Shown here: positions 8,623 through 19,900 of the stretch, piece by piece
How the letters are laid out: every line of letters starts with the position of its first letter
Position numbering within the stretch: the first letter of the stretch is position 1
DNA from: an uncultured cyanobacterium
GTDB lineage: Bacteria; Cyanobacteriota; Cyanobacteriia; Pseudanabaenales; Pseudanabaenaceae
Direction: 5' to 3'
Assembly: GCA_963703315.1 (NCBI GenBank)
Contig: OY969811.1
Span: forward strand, 1,504,001-1,568,000
DNA length: 64,000 bases
The notes under the pieces: generated by a model
Databases searched by the model: none
The model's input: only the letters and a program-made list of their open reading frames with translations
What the model was told of the DNA's origin: nothing
Position numbers and translations under genes: made by a program

Positions 8623-9371
8623 TATTCTTCCTCCTGATGACCCAAATAAACTTCAATTACTCGTGGATCATTCTTGACTTCATCAAAGTCACCTTCGCAA
8701 AGGACGCTGCCTTGATGTAAAACCGTTACCTTACGAGCAATCTGGCGCACAAATTCCATATCATGCTCGATCACGATAATTGAATGGGATTCGGCTAAAG
8801 ACATCAATAGTTCGCCAGTTTTTTCGGTTTCTTCATCAGTCAATCCTGCAACGGGTTCATCCACTAACAATAGGTCGGGAGACTGAGCAATTAACATCCC
8901 AATTTCTAACCATTGCTTCTCGCCATGCGATAGAAATTCGGCTTTCATTTCTGACTTCGCAATCAACCCGATCACATTGAGAAGTTCATTCACTTTCTGC
9001 TTTTCGACTACCGATGGTGGTTTAAAAAGCGTAGAGAAGACATTTTTATTGGGATTGCTGGCTAGTTCTAGGTTCTCTCTAGGCGTGAGATTGAGATATA
9101 TGCGAGGAGTTTGGAACTTCCGTCCCACACCCATTCTGGCGATTTTATGCTCAGATAGCGATCGCGTATTTCTACCTTTAAATCGCACTTGTCCTTGAGT
9201 GGGTTTAGTTTTGCCCGTAATCACGTCTAAGAATGTGGTTTTACCCGCACCGTTAGGACCAATAATCACTCGTAATTCACCCTGCTCCATCTCAAAGTTT
9301 AAGTTATTAATCGCCTTAAACCCATCGAAGCTAACTGTGACATCTTCAATCTCTAAGATTCTGCCGCTCAC
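8622..9371 (-). CDS. urtD: Urea ABC transporter ATP-binding subunit
   Basis: GPNGAGKT and LSHGEKQWLEIGM; GTG start; operon context. Confidence 0.95.
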   Translation of the reverse strand: MSGRILEIEDVTVSFDGFKAINNLNFEMEQGELRVIIGPNGAGKTTFLDVITGKTKPTQGQVRFKGRNTRSLSEHKIARMGVGRKFQTPRIYLNLTPRENLELASNPNKNVFSTLFKPPSVVEKQKVNELLNVIGLIAKSEMKAEFLSHGEKQWLEIGMLIAQSPDLLLVDEPVAGLTDEETEKTGELLMSLAESHSIIVIEHDMEFVRQIARKVTVLHQGSVLCEGDFDEVKNDPRVIEVYLGHQEEE

Positions 9372-10554
9372 TTTGTACCTCTGGATCTAACTCAAGACTG
9401 GGATATGTGACTGTTTGTCTACGTCTAAAAATTCGTTGGAATAGCAATACGCCACTAGTGCGGAACCAACCCACTAATCCATCGGGCAGTACCATCACCA
9501 CAATTAAGAACATCGCACCCTGAAAGAATAGCCAAATTTCGGGAAACTGTTCACTTAATAAGCTCTTAGCGAAGTTGACTAAAACGGCTCCGATCAATGC
9601 ACCTATCAGCGTGCCACGACCACCAACCGCTACCCAAATCACCATTTCAATGGACAATCCGATATCCATCGATTTTGGCGAAATGATCCCTGTTTGGGGA
9701 GTGAAGAGTGCGCCGCCGATGCCAGCTAGAACTGCGGAGATAGCGAATACGAGAACCTTAAAACCTGTGGGATCGTAACCAGAGAATCTGGCGCGGTTTT
9801 CGTCATCTCTGAGCGCAATTAATAATCTGCCAAATCTACCACTGGTGAGCCAACGACAGAGTGCATAGGCTAAGCCTAAGAAGAAAACAGTAAGAATATA
9901 GAAAACTCGCTGGGTTTCAGGTGCGTTAACATCATAACCAAACAGGGTTTTGAAGTCAGTAAGTCCATTGGTACCGTTGATATATTGCTGCTGACCGTTG
10001 AAGAAGTTGAAGAAAATAATCGTGGTGGCTTGGGTGAGAATTGAGAAATAAACACCACGAATGCGATTTCTAAATACTAAGTATCCTAAGATTGCACCAA
10101 CGATCGCAGGAATCAGCACGATCGCTAATAATGTAAATTCAAAGGAATAAAACGGCTCCCACAATGCAGGAAGTTTGGTAATGCCATAGAGAGGCATGAA
10201 GGAAGGTAATTTTTCCGTAGCATCGGCAGGGAATTGCAATTTTAAGTGCATCGCAAGGGCATAGCCGCCCAAGCCAAAAAATACGCCATGTCCTAAGCTG
10301 AGAAGCCCTGTATAGCCCCAGATCAAGTCAATTCCTAAAGCCACGATCGCTAAAGCCAGAAACCGACCTAACATGGTGATCCGAAAGGCTTGACCTGTGG
10401 CGGTGAAAATTGCGGGGATCACAAAAATTAGTAATAGGGCGATCGCGATCGCAATGCCAATTTCGATACCAAGCGATCGCCACTTATTTTTATCTAATTT
10501 AGGTTTAGATAGAGTCGGACTATCTTTAGAAATATCCTGAGAAATATCTTCCAT
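9346..10554 (-). CDS. urtC: Urea ABC transporter permease
   Basis: DLIWGYTGLLSLGHG, RIRGVYFSILTQA and WVAVGGRGTL motifs. Confidence 0.95.
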   Translation of the reverse strand: MEDISQDISKDSPTLSKPKLDKNKWRSLGIEIGIAIAIALLLIFVIPAIFTATGQAFRITMLGRFLALAIVALGIDLIWGYTGLLSLGHGVFFGLGGYALAMHLKLQFPADATEKLPSFMPLYGITKLPALWEPFYSFEFTLLAIVLIPAIVGAILGYLVFRNRIRGVYFSILTQATTIIFFNFFNGQQQYINGTNGLTDFKTLFGYDVNAPETQRVFYILTVFFLGLAYALCRWLTSGRFGRLLIALRDDENRARFSGYDPTGFKVLVFAISAVLAGIGGALFTPQTGIISPKSMDIGLSIEMVIWVAVGGRGTLIGALIGAVLVNFAKSLLSEQFPEIWLFFQGAMFLIVVMVLPDGLVGWFRTSGVLLFQRIFRRRQTVTYPSLELDPEVQSERQNLRD

Positions 10555-10589
10555 GCTTATTTATCCATACTCACTATTTACAACTCCAC

Positions 10590-11759
10590 TTACAACTCCA
10601 CTGAACGACCTTTTTGAGGAAACATTCCTGCGGGTTTGTACTGCAAGAAAGCAACAATCATCAGGAACAGCAATACTTTTGCCATGCTGGTCGTCCCGAA
10701 GAAGGTAAAAAATCCTGCGACAGGGCTTTGTGCGCCAAAGAGAGTTACAAAGGTCTGCGAGCCAAATAGATAACTAGTAACCCCGATCGCCATTGCTGCC
10801 GCGATACTGCCTACTAATTTACCTACGCCGCCAACGACCACCACCATGAAGGTATCGACGATGTAGTTCTGTCCAGTATTGGGACCTACTGATCCAAGGA
10901 AACTAACTGCACATCCAGCGATTCCTGCTAGTCCTGAACCGAGCGAGAACGTTAGAGCGTCAACGGTTTTGGTAGGAATCCCTAAACAAGAACTCATTTG
11001 GCGGTTTTGCATAACGGCGCGAATGCGTAAACCCCAAGGTGATTTTTCGAGGAATAAATAAATGCCAATCACACAGGCGATCGTCAAAACGATAATAAAC
11101 AAACGCACATAGGGTAATTGCAAACTCCCGATCGCAATGCCACCTCTCAGCCATTTGGGAGCCGTCACATCCACATTCTGAGCGCCAAACCAAGGTTGGG
11201 TCACCGCCATTGTGTAAGTCTGAGCGAGAAATACTGCCACTGCTCCTGAAATTGCCAGAGATAGGGGGAGCAGAATCGCGATCGCCCAAGACCGAATCGA
11301 TTCCCAATTTGGTCTTTTTTGCAAAATCCAAACGGCGACAAAATATAACAAGCTAAAAACTACGATCGCCGCAATAATCACCCAATTCACACTGCGAACA
11401 AACTGCTGCAAAATCAAGCTCACGCCCCAAGTTGCCAGAAGAGTCTCTAATGGTCGTCCATAAAGATAGCGAATCACTCCCTTTTCCAAGAGAAATCCCA
11501 TCCCTGCGGTCACCAGAAAAGCTGCAATCAGAGCCGCAAAAACATAAAAATCTAGCCAAGGTTCTCCCAACTTTTTGAAGCCATTCTGCACCACAAAAGT
11601 TGTATAGGCTCCTAACATCATTAATTCGCCATGAGCCATATTAATTACGCCCATCAGACCAAATACGATCGCTAGTCCCAATGCTGCCAACAACAACACA
11701 GAACCCGTACTAATACCATTAAATACTCCCTCTAGCAGGCGGAGAAGGTTCTCATTCAT
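10590..11759 (-). CDS. urtB: Urea ABC transporter permease
   Basis: GLMGVINMAHGE and LYGRPLETLLATWG motifs. Confidence 0.95.
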   Translation of the reverse strand: MNENLLRLLEGVFNGISTGSVLLLAALGLAIVFGLMGVINMAHGELMMLGAYTTFVVQNGFKKLGEPWLDFYVFAALIAAFLVTAGMGFLLEKGVIRYLYGRPLETLLATWGVSLILQQFVRSVNWVIIAAIVVFSLLYFVAVWILQKRPNWESIRSWAIAILLPLSLAISGAVAVFLAQTYTMAVTQPWFGAQNVDVTAPKWLRGGIAIGSLQLPYVRLFIIVLTIACVIGIYLFLEKSPWGLRIRAVMQNRQMSSCLGIPTKTVDALTFSLGSGLAGIAGCAVSFLGSVGPNTGQNYIVDTFMVVVVGGVGKLVGSIAAAMAIGVTSYLFGSQTFVTLFGAQSPVAGFFTFFGTTSMAKVLLFLMIVAFLQYKPAGMFPQKGRSVEL

Positions 11760-11932
11760 GACTCTATCTACATAAAAAATATGAGCAAATCTATTCGATA
11801 CTCAGTAATACCAAAATTAAAAATGGCAACGCCATTTTTAATTTTGAAAATCCTTAATTGTTACAACGAACAGAATCAAAATAGTTTGCTGTGCAGACAT
11901 TGCCCACACAGCAAACTATTTCAAGATTAGAT

Positions 11933-12007
11933 GTAGGATGCGTTAGTGCAACGTAACGCATCCATTATGTAGAAACGATGGGTTACGCGATCGCTAAACC
12001 ATCCTAC
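11933..12007. repeat. REPIN-like doublet of GTAG-type REP units
   Basis: GTAGGATGCGTTAGTGCAACGTAACGCATC ... GATGGGTTACGCGATCGCTAAACCATCCTAC: two inverted units with GTAG/CTAC feet. Confidence 0.75.
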
Positions 12008-12033
12008 GTTTAATTCCAACAACTTACTAAGTT

Positions 12034-12057
12034 AACAAGGAGCTTAAGCCCCTTGTT
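12034..12057. repeat. Short palindrome AACAAGG(A/G)GCTTAAGCCCCTTGTT
   Basis: Near-perfect 24-bp palindrome just downstream of urtA. Confidence 0.6.
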
Positions 12058-12066
12058 TGTAGAAGT

Positions 12067-13410
12067 CTATGCTTTCTTGAACTTGCCGCCCTTCGCCTTA
12101 TCGGAGTAATCGCAAGCAAAGCCCTTCGTTTCTGCGACAAACTGGTTCCAAGGCAAGGGTTCAACGGCGGTCTTAGTTTCGTAAACCACCTTGAATTGAC
12201 CATCACCAGTTACTTCACCGATGCGGACAAACTTCGACAAGTGATGACTATTTTCCATAGTTACCTTGCCTTCAGGTGCATCAAAGGTTTGACCAAGAGC
12301 CGCCATTCTCACAGCTTCGAGATCCTCTGCTTTACCTGCCTTCTCAACCGCTTGCTTCCAAATGTTGACAGCAATATAGCCTGCTTCCATCGGGTCATTA
12401 GTGACACGATCTGCGCCATACTTAGCCTTGAAAGCTTCGACAAACTTCTTATTAACAGGATTGTCAACAGTCATGAAGTAGTTCCATGCAGCGTAGTGAC
12501 CCTTGAGGAATTCTGCACCGATCGCCTTGACTTCTTCTTCAGCGATACTAACGGACATCGAAGGATATTTGTCAGCAGTGAGACCAGCACCTTGCATCTG
12601 TTTGAAGAAAGCAACGTTACTATCACCATTCAAGGAGTTGTAGATTACACCACCATTGGGAAGTGCTTGCTTGATCTTAGTGATAATCGGTGTAACTTCA
12701 GAGTTGCCGAGGGGGAGATAGTCTTCGCCAACGACCTTACCACCTGAAGCTTCTAGTTGCGCCTTGATGATCGTATTTGCGGTACGAGGGAATACATAGT
12801 CAGAACCAACTAAGAAGAACTCCTTACCCTTGTTCTTGAGTAACCATTCGACAGAAGGTTCAATTTGTTGGTTAGGTGCGGCTCCAGTGTAGAAAATGTT
12901 CTTAGAACATTCTTGACCTTCGTACTGCACAGGATAGAAGAGTAGATGATCTTTGGCTTCAAATACTGGAAGTACAGCTTTGCGGCTAGCAGAAGTCCAG
13001 CAACCAAATACGACAACTACCTTGTCTTGATCGATTAATTTCTTGGCTTTTTCGGCAAAGGTTGGCCAGTCAGAGTTACCATCTTCAACGATCGCTTCGA
13101 TTTGTTTACCAAGCACACCGCCTTTCTTATTGATTTCTTCGATCGCAAGCTGGGTTGCATCTACGAGGCTCTTCTCACTGATTGCCATTGTGCCACTTAA
13201 AGAGTGGAGGATACCCACTTTAATCTTGCCACCACTAGCTGCTGCTGTCGCTTTCGCTGTAGGTGAGGCAGCAGTAGTTGCGGCTGTGGTTGCGGCTGTA
13301 GTGGTAGTAGCTGTAGGAGTAGCTGGAGCGCAAGCTTTGATTAAACTACTAACTCCAAGGGCGGCAGAGCCATAGACGATAAACTTACGACGATTCATTT
13401 TCTTGCTCAT
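12067..13410 (-). CDS. urtA: Urea ABC transporter substrate-binding protein
   Basis: RRKF signal peptide with lipobox Cys; [26 protein letters not shown] and YPVQYEG motifs. Confidence 0.97.
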   Translation of the reverse strand: MSKKMNRRKFIVYGSAALGVSSLIKACAPATPTATTTTAATTAATTAASPTAKATAAASGGKIKVGILHSLSGTMAISEKSLVDATQLAIEEINKKGGVLGKQIEAIVEDGNSDWPTFAEKAKKLIDQDKVVVVFGCWTSASRKAVLPVFEAKDHLLFYPVQYEGQECSKNIFYTGAAPNQQIEPSVEWLLKNKGKEFFLVGSDYVFPRTANTIIKAQLEASGGKVVGEDYLPLGNSEVTPIITKIKQALPNGGVIYNSLNGDSNVAFFKQMQGAGLTADKYPSMSVSIAEEEVKAIGAEFLKGHYAAWNYFMTVDNPVNKKFVEAFKAKYGADRVTNDPMEAGYIAVNIWKQAVEKAGKAEDLEAVRMAALGQTFDAPEGKVTMENSHHLSKFVRIGEVTGDGQFKVVYETKTAVEPLPWNQFVAETKGFACDYSDKAKGGKFKKA

Positions 13411-13527
13411 TAAACTTTAATGCCTCCAAACTTTTGAATTCTATTTGAGAACCTTGACATGAGAAACTTAGGATGGAGGTTGACCCTCACTCCTCTCACA
13501 CAAATCAATCAAAATTACATTTCCACA

Positions 13528-13569
13528 ATCCTGATATAGTTAATCTCGATGAGTTGTATCACAGAATAC
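13528..13569 (-). promoter_or_regulatory. NtcA box and candidate -10 element upstream of urtA
   Basis: GTA-N8-TAC at 13556..13569 (minus strand GTATTCTGTGATAC), followed after 22 nt by CAGGAT, close to the TAN3T consensus. NtcA control of urt is known in cyanobacteria. Confidence 0.75.
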
Positions 13570-13603
13570 TTTTCTTCGACGTTGGCTTTGCAACAAGATT
13601 TGC

Positions 13604-13709
13604 AAACCCCAAGAAGCGAGTGGCGGCGCAAAGCGCCGCCACTCGCTTCTTGGGGTTTATCCCCTGACACAGTGTTTAGAGAGGTGGTGCTTTGCACCGC
13701 CTCTCTAAA
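13604..13709. repeat. Two adjacent dispersed hairpins (13604..13658 and 13675..13709)
   Basis: AAACCCCAAGAAGCGAGTGGCGGCGC-AAA-GCGCCGCCACTCGCTTCTTGGGGTTT and TTTAGAGAGGTGGTGC-TTT-GCACCGCCTCTCTAAA. Confidence 0.85.
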
Positions 13710-13721
13710 TGATCTAGTTTG

Positions 13722-16679
13722 CTAGAGAGGATCTTGGAGAAATAAAGACAAGTTAAGATTTCTTAAAAGTGCCTCTACGGAATCTGGGAAAAGAGGCGTT
13801 GAGAATAGATAACCTTGACCAAATTGATAGCCAAGTTCTTGCAATCTTTCTAGTTGTTGTGCAGTTTCAATCCCTTCAGCGATCGTATTTAGTTCTAATT
13901 GTTCGCTGAGAGTAGCGATCGTTTTGACAATCTGATGGTTCTTAGTACCGTCATAGATTTCATTTACAAATGAGCGATCAACCTTCAGGTTATTGATCGG
14001 TAAGCGATGCAGATAACTGAGTGATGAATAGCCTGTTCCAAAATCATCAATACTAATTTGAATGCCCTTATTTTTTAATTTGGTAAGCGTCGTAATTGTT
14101 GATTCAATATCTTCAATCAGCATACTTTCAGTAATCTCTAAGGTCAGATATTGTGGCTCTAAATGGGTTTCGGATAGAATCATGTCGATCTCTTCCACCA
14201 GATCCGATCGCCTGAGATCTTGTACTGAGAGATTTACACTCATTTTCAAATTAGAACAATGAGGGAGGGCATTTTGCCATTTTACTAATTGCTTACAAGC
14301 AGATCTCAATGCCCAATAGGTGAGTCGGGTAATGAGTCCAATTTCCTCCATGATGGCGATAAAATCGTTGGGAAATATTAAGCCATGCTGGGGATGTTGC
14401 CAACGGACTAGGGCTTCAAATCCAACCAGATATCCTGTATCTAGCGCCACAATCGGTTGATAGTACAGTACAAATTCTTGACAGTTAATTGCTCGCCGCA
14501 AATCATTCTCTAGTTGCATCCGTCTAAGGGCTTGCCTGTGCATTTGCACATCAAATATTTCATACTTTGCCTTGCCACTTGTTTTTGCTCGATACATGGC
14601 AATGTCCGCATCTCGGAGTAAATGTGAAGCTTCCTCATAGTCTTTTGTACCAAAAACTACACCAATGCTAGCGGTGGTATACACTTCTCTTTCGGCAATG
14701 GCGATCGGAACTTGCAACGCTATAAAAATTCTTTCGGTGGCGTGAATTGCTTCTTGAATATCTTTGATTTCTTCTAGCAAGATCACAAACTCGTCACCTC
14801 CTAAACGCGCTACCAGATCGATTTCACGGAATGTGGCTTGCAGCCTTTGCGCGATCGCCAGCAGCAGTTGATCGCCCACTAGATGTCCTAAGCTGTCATT
14901 AATCACTTTAAAACGATCTAAATCGAGAAATAACACGGCGAACTGGTAGTTATCAAAACGTTTAGCTCGGTGAATCGACAAATCTAATCTTTCCATTAAG
15001 AGATGACGGTTGGGCAATCCTGTTAAGGTGTCGTGTAGTGCTGTATATCTTAATTTGGTCTGATCTTGAACCCGTTCGGTAACATCACGGGAGGTCGTTT
15101 GCAGTTTTATAATTTGCCCTTCGGCATCTCTAATCGGTTTAGTTAGGGTCTCAAACCAAATGTAGTTGCCAGATTTTTGCCGCATTCGATAGGTAATAGG
15201 AATAGGATTGCCATTGATTGCTGCTTCATGGGATTCCTGTCGAATGCGATCGCAATCATCGGGATGGAAAAATGTATAGGGATACTGCCCAATCATTTCA
15301 TAGTCATAGTAACCAAGCAAAGTCTCGCAGGAGGGACTGACATAGAGATATTGACTATCAAGACAATGTAAACAGACTAAATCGTTAATATTTTCTGCTA
15401 AGAGCCGATAACGCCCCTCGCTTTTGCGTAAATCTATTTCCGCCTGTTTCCGAGCCGTGATATCACGAATCAGAATTGTGGCTTCATTTTTACCACTAAC
15501 TACAGTCCTTGCCTCTTCATAATGTATGTCACCATCGATCACAATTTGGTATTCATGAAATTGAATTTCCCCAGTTTGAAATGCTTGCTCAATATAGTAC
15601 ATCCGCTTTTGAGCGATTTCTGGTTCAAGCACATCTAATATACTTTTACCAAGCATTTGGGCAGGTAAAACTGCAAGCTCAATTTCATCGGAGGGAATTG
15701 CATCTAAATAGAAACCATCACGGCTCACCCGTAAAATGAGATCGGGAATTGCATCGATTAAGGCTTGATTGGTGACAATAGCTTGGCGCAGATTTTCTTC
15801 AGTTTGTTTTTGTTCGCTCAGGTCAATATCTACGCAATAGAGTTCCTGCTCTCCGTCAGAGTTACTCAACATTACGTGACTAGAATAAACTGCTACTCTA
15901 AGCCCGTCTTTACGCACTAGTCTCAGTTCACCTGCTGGAATAGATTGCCCATTGATGAGCCAATTTTGAATCGCATCAATTACCCCTTGTCGCATCTCTG
16001 GAGGAATAATCAGATCCTCAAGTTGCTGACCGATCGCTTCAGCCTTGCTGTAACCATAAAGATATTCACTGGCATCATTCCAGTAGATTACTTGACGTTG
16101 ACGGTTATAACCTTGAACTGAGATTTTTGGGGTTGACTCAAATAAGCTCCGAAATCTCTGCTCACTTTTTTCTAATAGGGCTGCGGCTTGTTTGCGATCG
16201 CTAATATCCTGAAAAGTCGCGATCGCATAAATAACTTGTCCTTGTTGATCAAAAATAGGTGTAGCTGACACTTCTAAAGGAACTACACGATCAGGACGAT
16301 GGATTTCTAAATCACTAACTCGAATAGTTTCTCCTGTGAAGGCGCGACTACTGGGTAAGTCTTCAAATGGATAAGGTTCTTCAGTCCCAGCGCGATATAT
16401 TTGGAAAAATTCTGAAAGGCGATCGGGTTCAGCTTCGGAGTAGCGATTATTACCAAGTAGCGATCGCCCAATATTATTGATATAAATTAGTTGACCTGTT
16501 GAGTCATGGACAGCAATCCCGATCGGTGTCGCATCTAAAAATTGGATCAGACGGCTCTCACTGACCGACAAAGGCACATTGGCGACGAGTGACTCCACAA
16601 GACGCTTGACATTAGTTGGTGTGTTTTCCCAATCTTCTGGAGAAATCTGCTCAGACACTAAAGGAGACTGTTTTTCCAT
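13722..16679 (-). CDS. Multi-PAS GGDEF/EAL c-di-GMP cyclase/phosphodiesterase
   Basis: Four PAS-like repeats; HDTLTGLPNR, RLGGDEF, GFEALVRW and DDFGTGYSSL motifs. Confidence 0.93.
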   Translation of the reverse strand: MEKQSPLVSEQISPEDWENTPTNVKRLVESLVANVPLSVSESRLIQFLDATPIGIAVHDSTGQLIYINNIGRSLLGNNRYSEAEPDRLSEFFQIYRAGTEEPYPFEDLPSSRAFTGETIRVSDLEIHRPDRVVPLEVSATPIFDQQGQVIYAIATFQDISDRKQAAALLEKSEQRFRSLFESTPKISVQGYNRQRQVIYWNDASEYLYGYSKAEAIGQQLEDLIIPPEMRQGVIDAIQNWLINGQSIPAGELRLVRKDGLRVAVYSSHVMLSNSDGEQELYCVDIDLSEQKQTEENLRQAIVTNQALIDAIPDLILRVSRDGFYLDAIPSDEIELAVLPAQMLGKSILDVLEPEIAQKRMYYIEQAFQTGEIQFHEYQIVIDGDIHYEEARTVVSGKNEATILIRDITARKQAEIDLRKSEGRYRLLAENINDLVCLHCLDSQYLYVSPSCETLLGYYDYEMIGQYPYTFFHPDDCDRIRQESHEAAINGNPIPITYRMRQKSGNYIWFETLTKPIRDAEGQIIKLQTTSRDVTERVQDQTKLRYTALHDTLTGLPNRHLLMERLDLSIHRAKRFDNYQFAVLFLDLDRFKVINDSLGHLVGDQLLLAIAQRLQATFREIDLVARLGGDEFVILLEEIKDIQEAIHATERIFIALQVPIAIAEREVYTTASIGVVFGTKDYEEASHLLRDADIAMYRAKTSGKAKYEIFDVQMHRQALRRMQLENDLRRAINCQEFVLYYQPIVALDTGYLVGFEALVRWQHPQHGLIFPNDFIAIMEEIGLITRLTYWALRSACKQLVKWQNALPHCSNLKMSVNLSVQDLRRSDLVEEIDMILSETHLEPQYLTLEITESMLIEDIESTITTLTKLKNKGIQISIDDFGTGYSSLSYLHRLPINNLKVDRSFVNEIYDGTKNHQIVKTIATLSEQLELNTIAEGIETAQQLERLQELGYQFGQGYLFSTPLFPDSVEALLRNLNLSLFLQDPL

Positions 16680-16753
16680 AACTACAACATAGACAAGCTT
16701 GTTTCAATTCATTGTATAGCTATGAACATAATTTCTAGCCTTCCTATTGCCAA

Positions 16754-16858
16754 TAAGTAGCTGAGCATAATTAAAAAAACAGATCCAAAACCTGTGGCGC
16801 ACGCACAGCGTGCGCCACAGGTTTTAGGGTTTTATATTTAATTGCACCCAGCTACTTA
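16754..16858. mobile_element. MITE-like element with imperfect terminal inverted repeats
   Basis: TAAGTAGCTGAGCATAATTAA ... TTAATTGCACCCAGCTACTTA flank AAAACCTGTGGCGCACGC-ACA-GCGTGCGCCACAGGTTTT; a second copy lies at 5364. Confidence 0.7.
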
Positions 16859-16968
16859 CTTTGGACAGTTTTTAAAAGCTTGTATCGTTATGAAATTATT
16901 GGCTCCACAAATTACAGCCAAGTCGTTATTATATGAGTTATTGACAACAGAATTATCACTCTTTAACT

Positions 16969-19900
16969 ATGAAAAGGAAATCTATTCGCGATCGCCTATC
17001 TAGCACTTTCATTTACGGGTTAGCACTGATTTTAGGGGAAGCTACTCTTGGTTTAGCTTTGGCTGTAAATTCTGACTTACTAGAAAACGAGCAATTATTT
17101 ATTTCGATTAAGTCCAAACAATTTAAAAATAACTCGATAGAAGCGCAATTAATTCAAGCCGAAAAGCTATTTGATCAGGGAAAGTTTAAAGAATCTTTAC
17201 AAGAATATCAACAGGCTCTGGCTGTCTCCAAACAACAGGGCGATCGCTTACGAGAACTACAATCTCTAACGGGGATTGGTGCTGCCCAAGTTAGCTTAAG
17301 GCAAGAAAAACAGGCGATCTCCACTTTATTAGATGCAACTCAAATTTTGCAATCTCTACCTGTTCAATTAACTGCCACTGATAAGACTAACTATCGCAAA
17401 GCCGAAGGAGAAGTGACTTATCAATATGGACGAGCCTATCTGAATTTGGAACAGTTTGATAATGCTTTAAAACTGCTAGAAAATTCTTTAGCCATTCGGA
17501 AAGAAGTAGGCGATCGCTATCGTGAAGGCAAAACCCTTGCCAAGATTGGCATTGTCTATGTAAAAAAGTTTGAGTTTCCTAAATCTGTAGGCTACTTTGA
17601 GGAGGGGCTTAAACTAAGTCAAGCAGTTGGCAATCGCGCCTCTGAAGCCCAAACTCTATTTTATTTAGGTTCCATTTATAGCTTGTTGGGAAAAAAGGAA
17701 CAGGCGATCGCTTTCGCAAGACAAAGCGGTGCAGCCTATCAAGCGATCAAAAGTCCTTTGGGAGAGGCAACTGCTTTAAATTTAGAAGCAAATATCTACA
17801 GCATGGCTTTGGAATATGCTAAATCGATTGAGCTAAATCTCAAGGCTTTAGAATTGGTCAAGCAATCAGGCGATCGCTCCCGTGAAGCAGGAATGCTTAA
17901 TGTTGTTGCCACTTCCTATCGCAATCTTAATCAATATCCAAAAGCCATTGAATTCTATCAGCAAGGACAAAAGCTCTACCGTGAACTAGGCGATCGCGCC
18001 GAGGAAGGGCGCAATCTCAAAGATATTGCGGAATTGTATCTTGAGCAAGGGAAAACCCGTGAAGCCCTAGAAACTTACACTCAAGCTAAGGCGATTTATC
18101 TAGATTTAACCAAGGTTCCTAATCCTAAGCAGAGCGATAAATCAACCCTCGCTAGTATTCTTGTAGGAGAAGGAAGTCTGTATACCTCACTGAGTCAATA
18201 TCCTAAAGCCTTAAATAGTCTCCAAGAAGCGCGATCGCTTTATGAATCCGTAGGTGATAAGCAGGGAGAAGGTGTTGCTTCGATGTATTTGGCTGGGGTC
18301 TATCTGCAATTGGGTGAACCTAGCAAGGTTACGGAGATCCTGAAACAATTACCAGCACTCGCCAAAAATTCGCCCCAACTTCAAAAAATGGCGGAGTCCC
18401 TAATTGCGCTATTTAATACCAATTCCCCATCGGCTAACCCTCAAATCCAGTTGAAAACTGCTCAAGATTTACTGGAATTCTTTAGACAATCAGGCAGCCG
18501 TACATCAGAAGCCGCCATGCTTTCCCAAATCGGCGCTTTATATCTCGACCTCCAGCAACCTGAGAAGTCCATCACTTCCTATCAACAGGCACTAGAGATT
18601 TTTCGGGCTATAGGCGATCGCTCAGGTGTTGCCAATTCCTTTTACAATTTAGGTTTAGTCTATGCCCTATCGAATCAAAGCGATCGCGCTTTTGTGTCTT
18701 TCCAAGCAGCCTTGGCATATTCCCGTGAAGTGGGGAATCGCAATCAGGAAAGCAAATTGCTTGGTAATTTGGGAACGCTGATTAAAAGCCAATATCCGCA
18801 ACTAGCGATCGCCTTTTTAAAACAATCGGTAAATGTCACGGAGTCCATTCGCAAAGAATTGAAAGTACTTGCCCTAGAGCAGCAAAGGTCTTATCAACAG
18901 ACGATTTCCTACAACTATCGGATCTTGGCAGATTTGCTATTGCAACAGGGGCGGGTGATGGAAGCATTGCAGGTTCTAGATTTATTAAAGGTGCAAGAAC
19001 TGCAAGAATACTTACAAAATGTTAAAGGGAACGATCGCACGGCTCAAGGGCTGTATATTTTCCCTGAAGAGAACTTGCAAACGCAAGCGATCGCCGCACA
19101 ACCCTTTAAATCTCTGCAACCGCTCATCGATAGCAATCAAAAAATTACGCAACAATTACAACAAACTACACCAACAGAACTTAATCGTGTTCCCTCATAT
19201 CTCCAAAAACTGCCTCAGGGTCAGGCTCTGCTTTATCCCCTGATTTTAAGCGATCGCCTAGAGTTAATTCTCTTTATCCCTAATAAATTGCCAATCCGTC
19301 GCTCCGTTAAGATATCAGAACCGCAAATTTTGCAGTTAATTCAAGATTTTCAAGCAGGACTTCGAGATGCTAGTTCCCTTGATGTTCTTGAACCTGCCTC
19401 AAAGCTCTACGATCTTCTGATTAAGCCCATCGAAGCCGATCTCGCGCAAACTCATACGATTCTCTATGCTCCCGATGGACTGTTGCGCTATGTGCCGCTT
19501 ACAGCGCTCTATGATGGTAAACAGTGGCTAGTGGAGAAATATGGCATTAATAACTTAGTTGCCTATAGTCTGAGCGATTTTAGCCATAATTCATCAAAAA
19601 CTTTACGGATCGTGGCGGGAGCCTTTGGTGGACAGCCCAATAGTAAAAAATTTGGTCAAGTGGGCTTGCCTGCATCGTTAACGGAAGTACAGGCGATCGC
19701 CTCTGCTTTACCGAATACGACTAAGCTACTCAACAATGATTTCAGCCGCCAAGCCACTGAATCCTTAATGCGAAACAATAACATTGTCCATTTGGCTACC
19801 CATGCCGAATTTAACATTGGTAAGCCTGAAAATTCTTTTTTAATTTTTGGTAATGGCGATCGCATTTTGCTCAATGAAATGAAGGATTTGCCCATGTCCA

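Noticed and set aside
12196..13375. Long antisense ORFs over urtA (similarly over glgP, ndhB and the pentapeptide gene)
   Set aside because: These are shadow ORFs produced by codon bias in well-supported opposite-strand genes.
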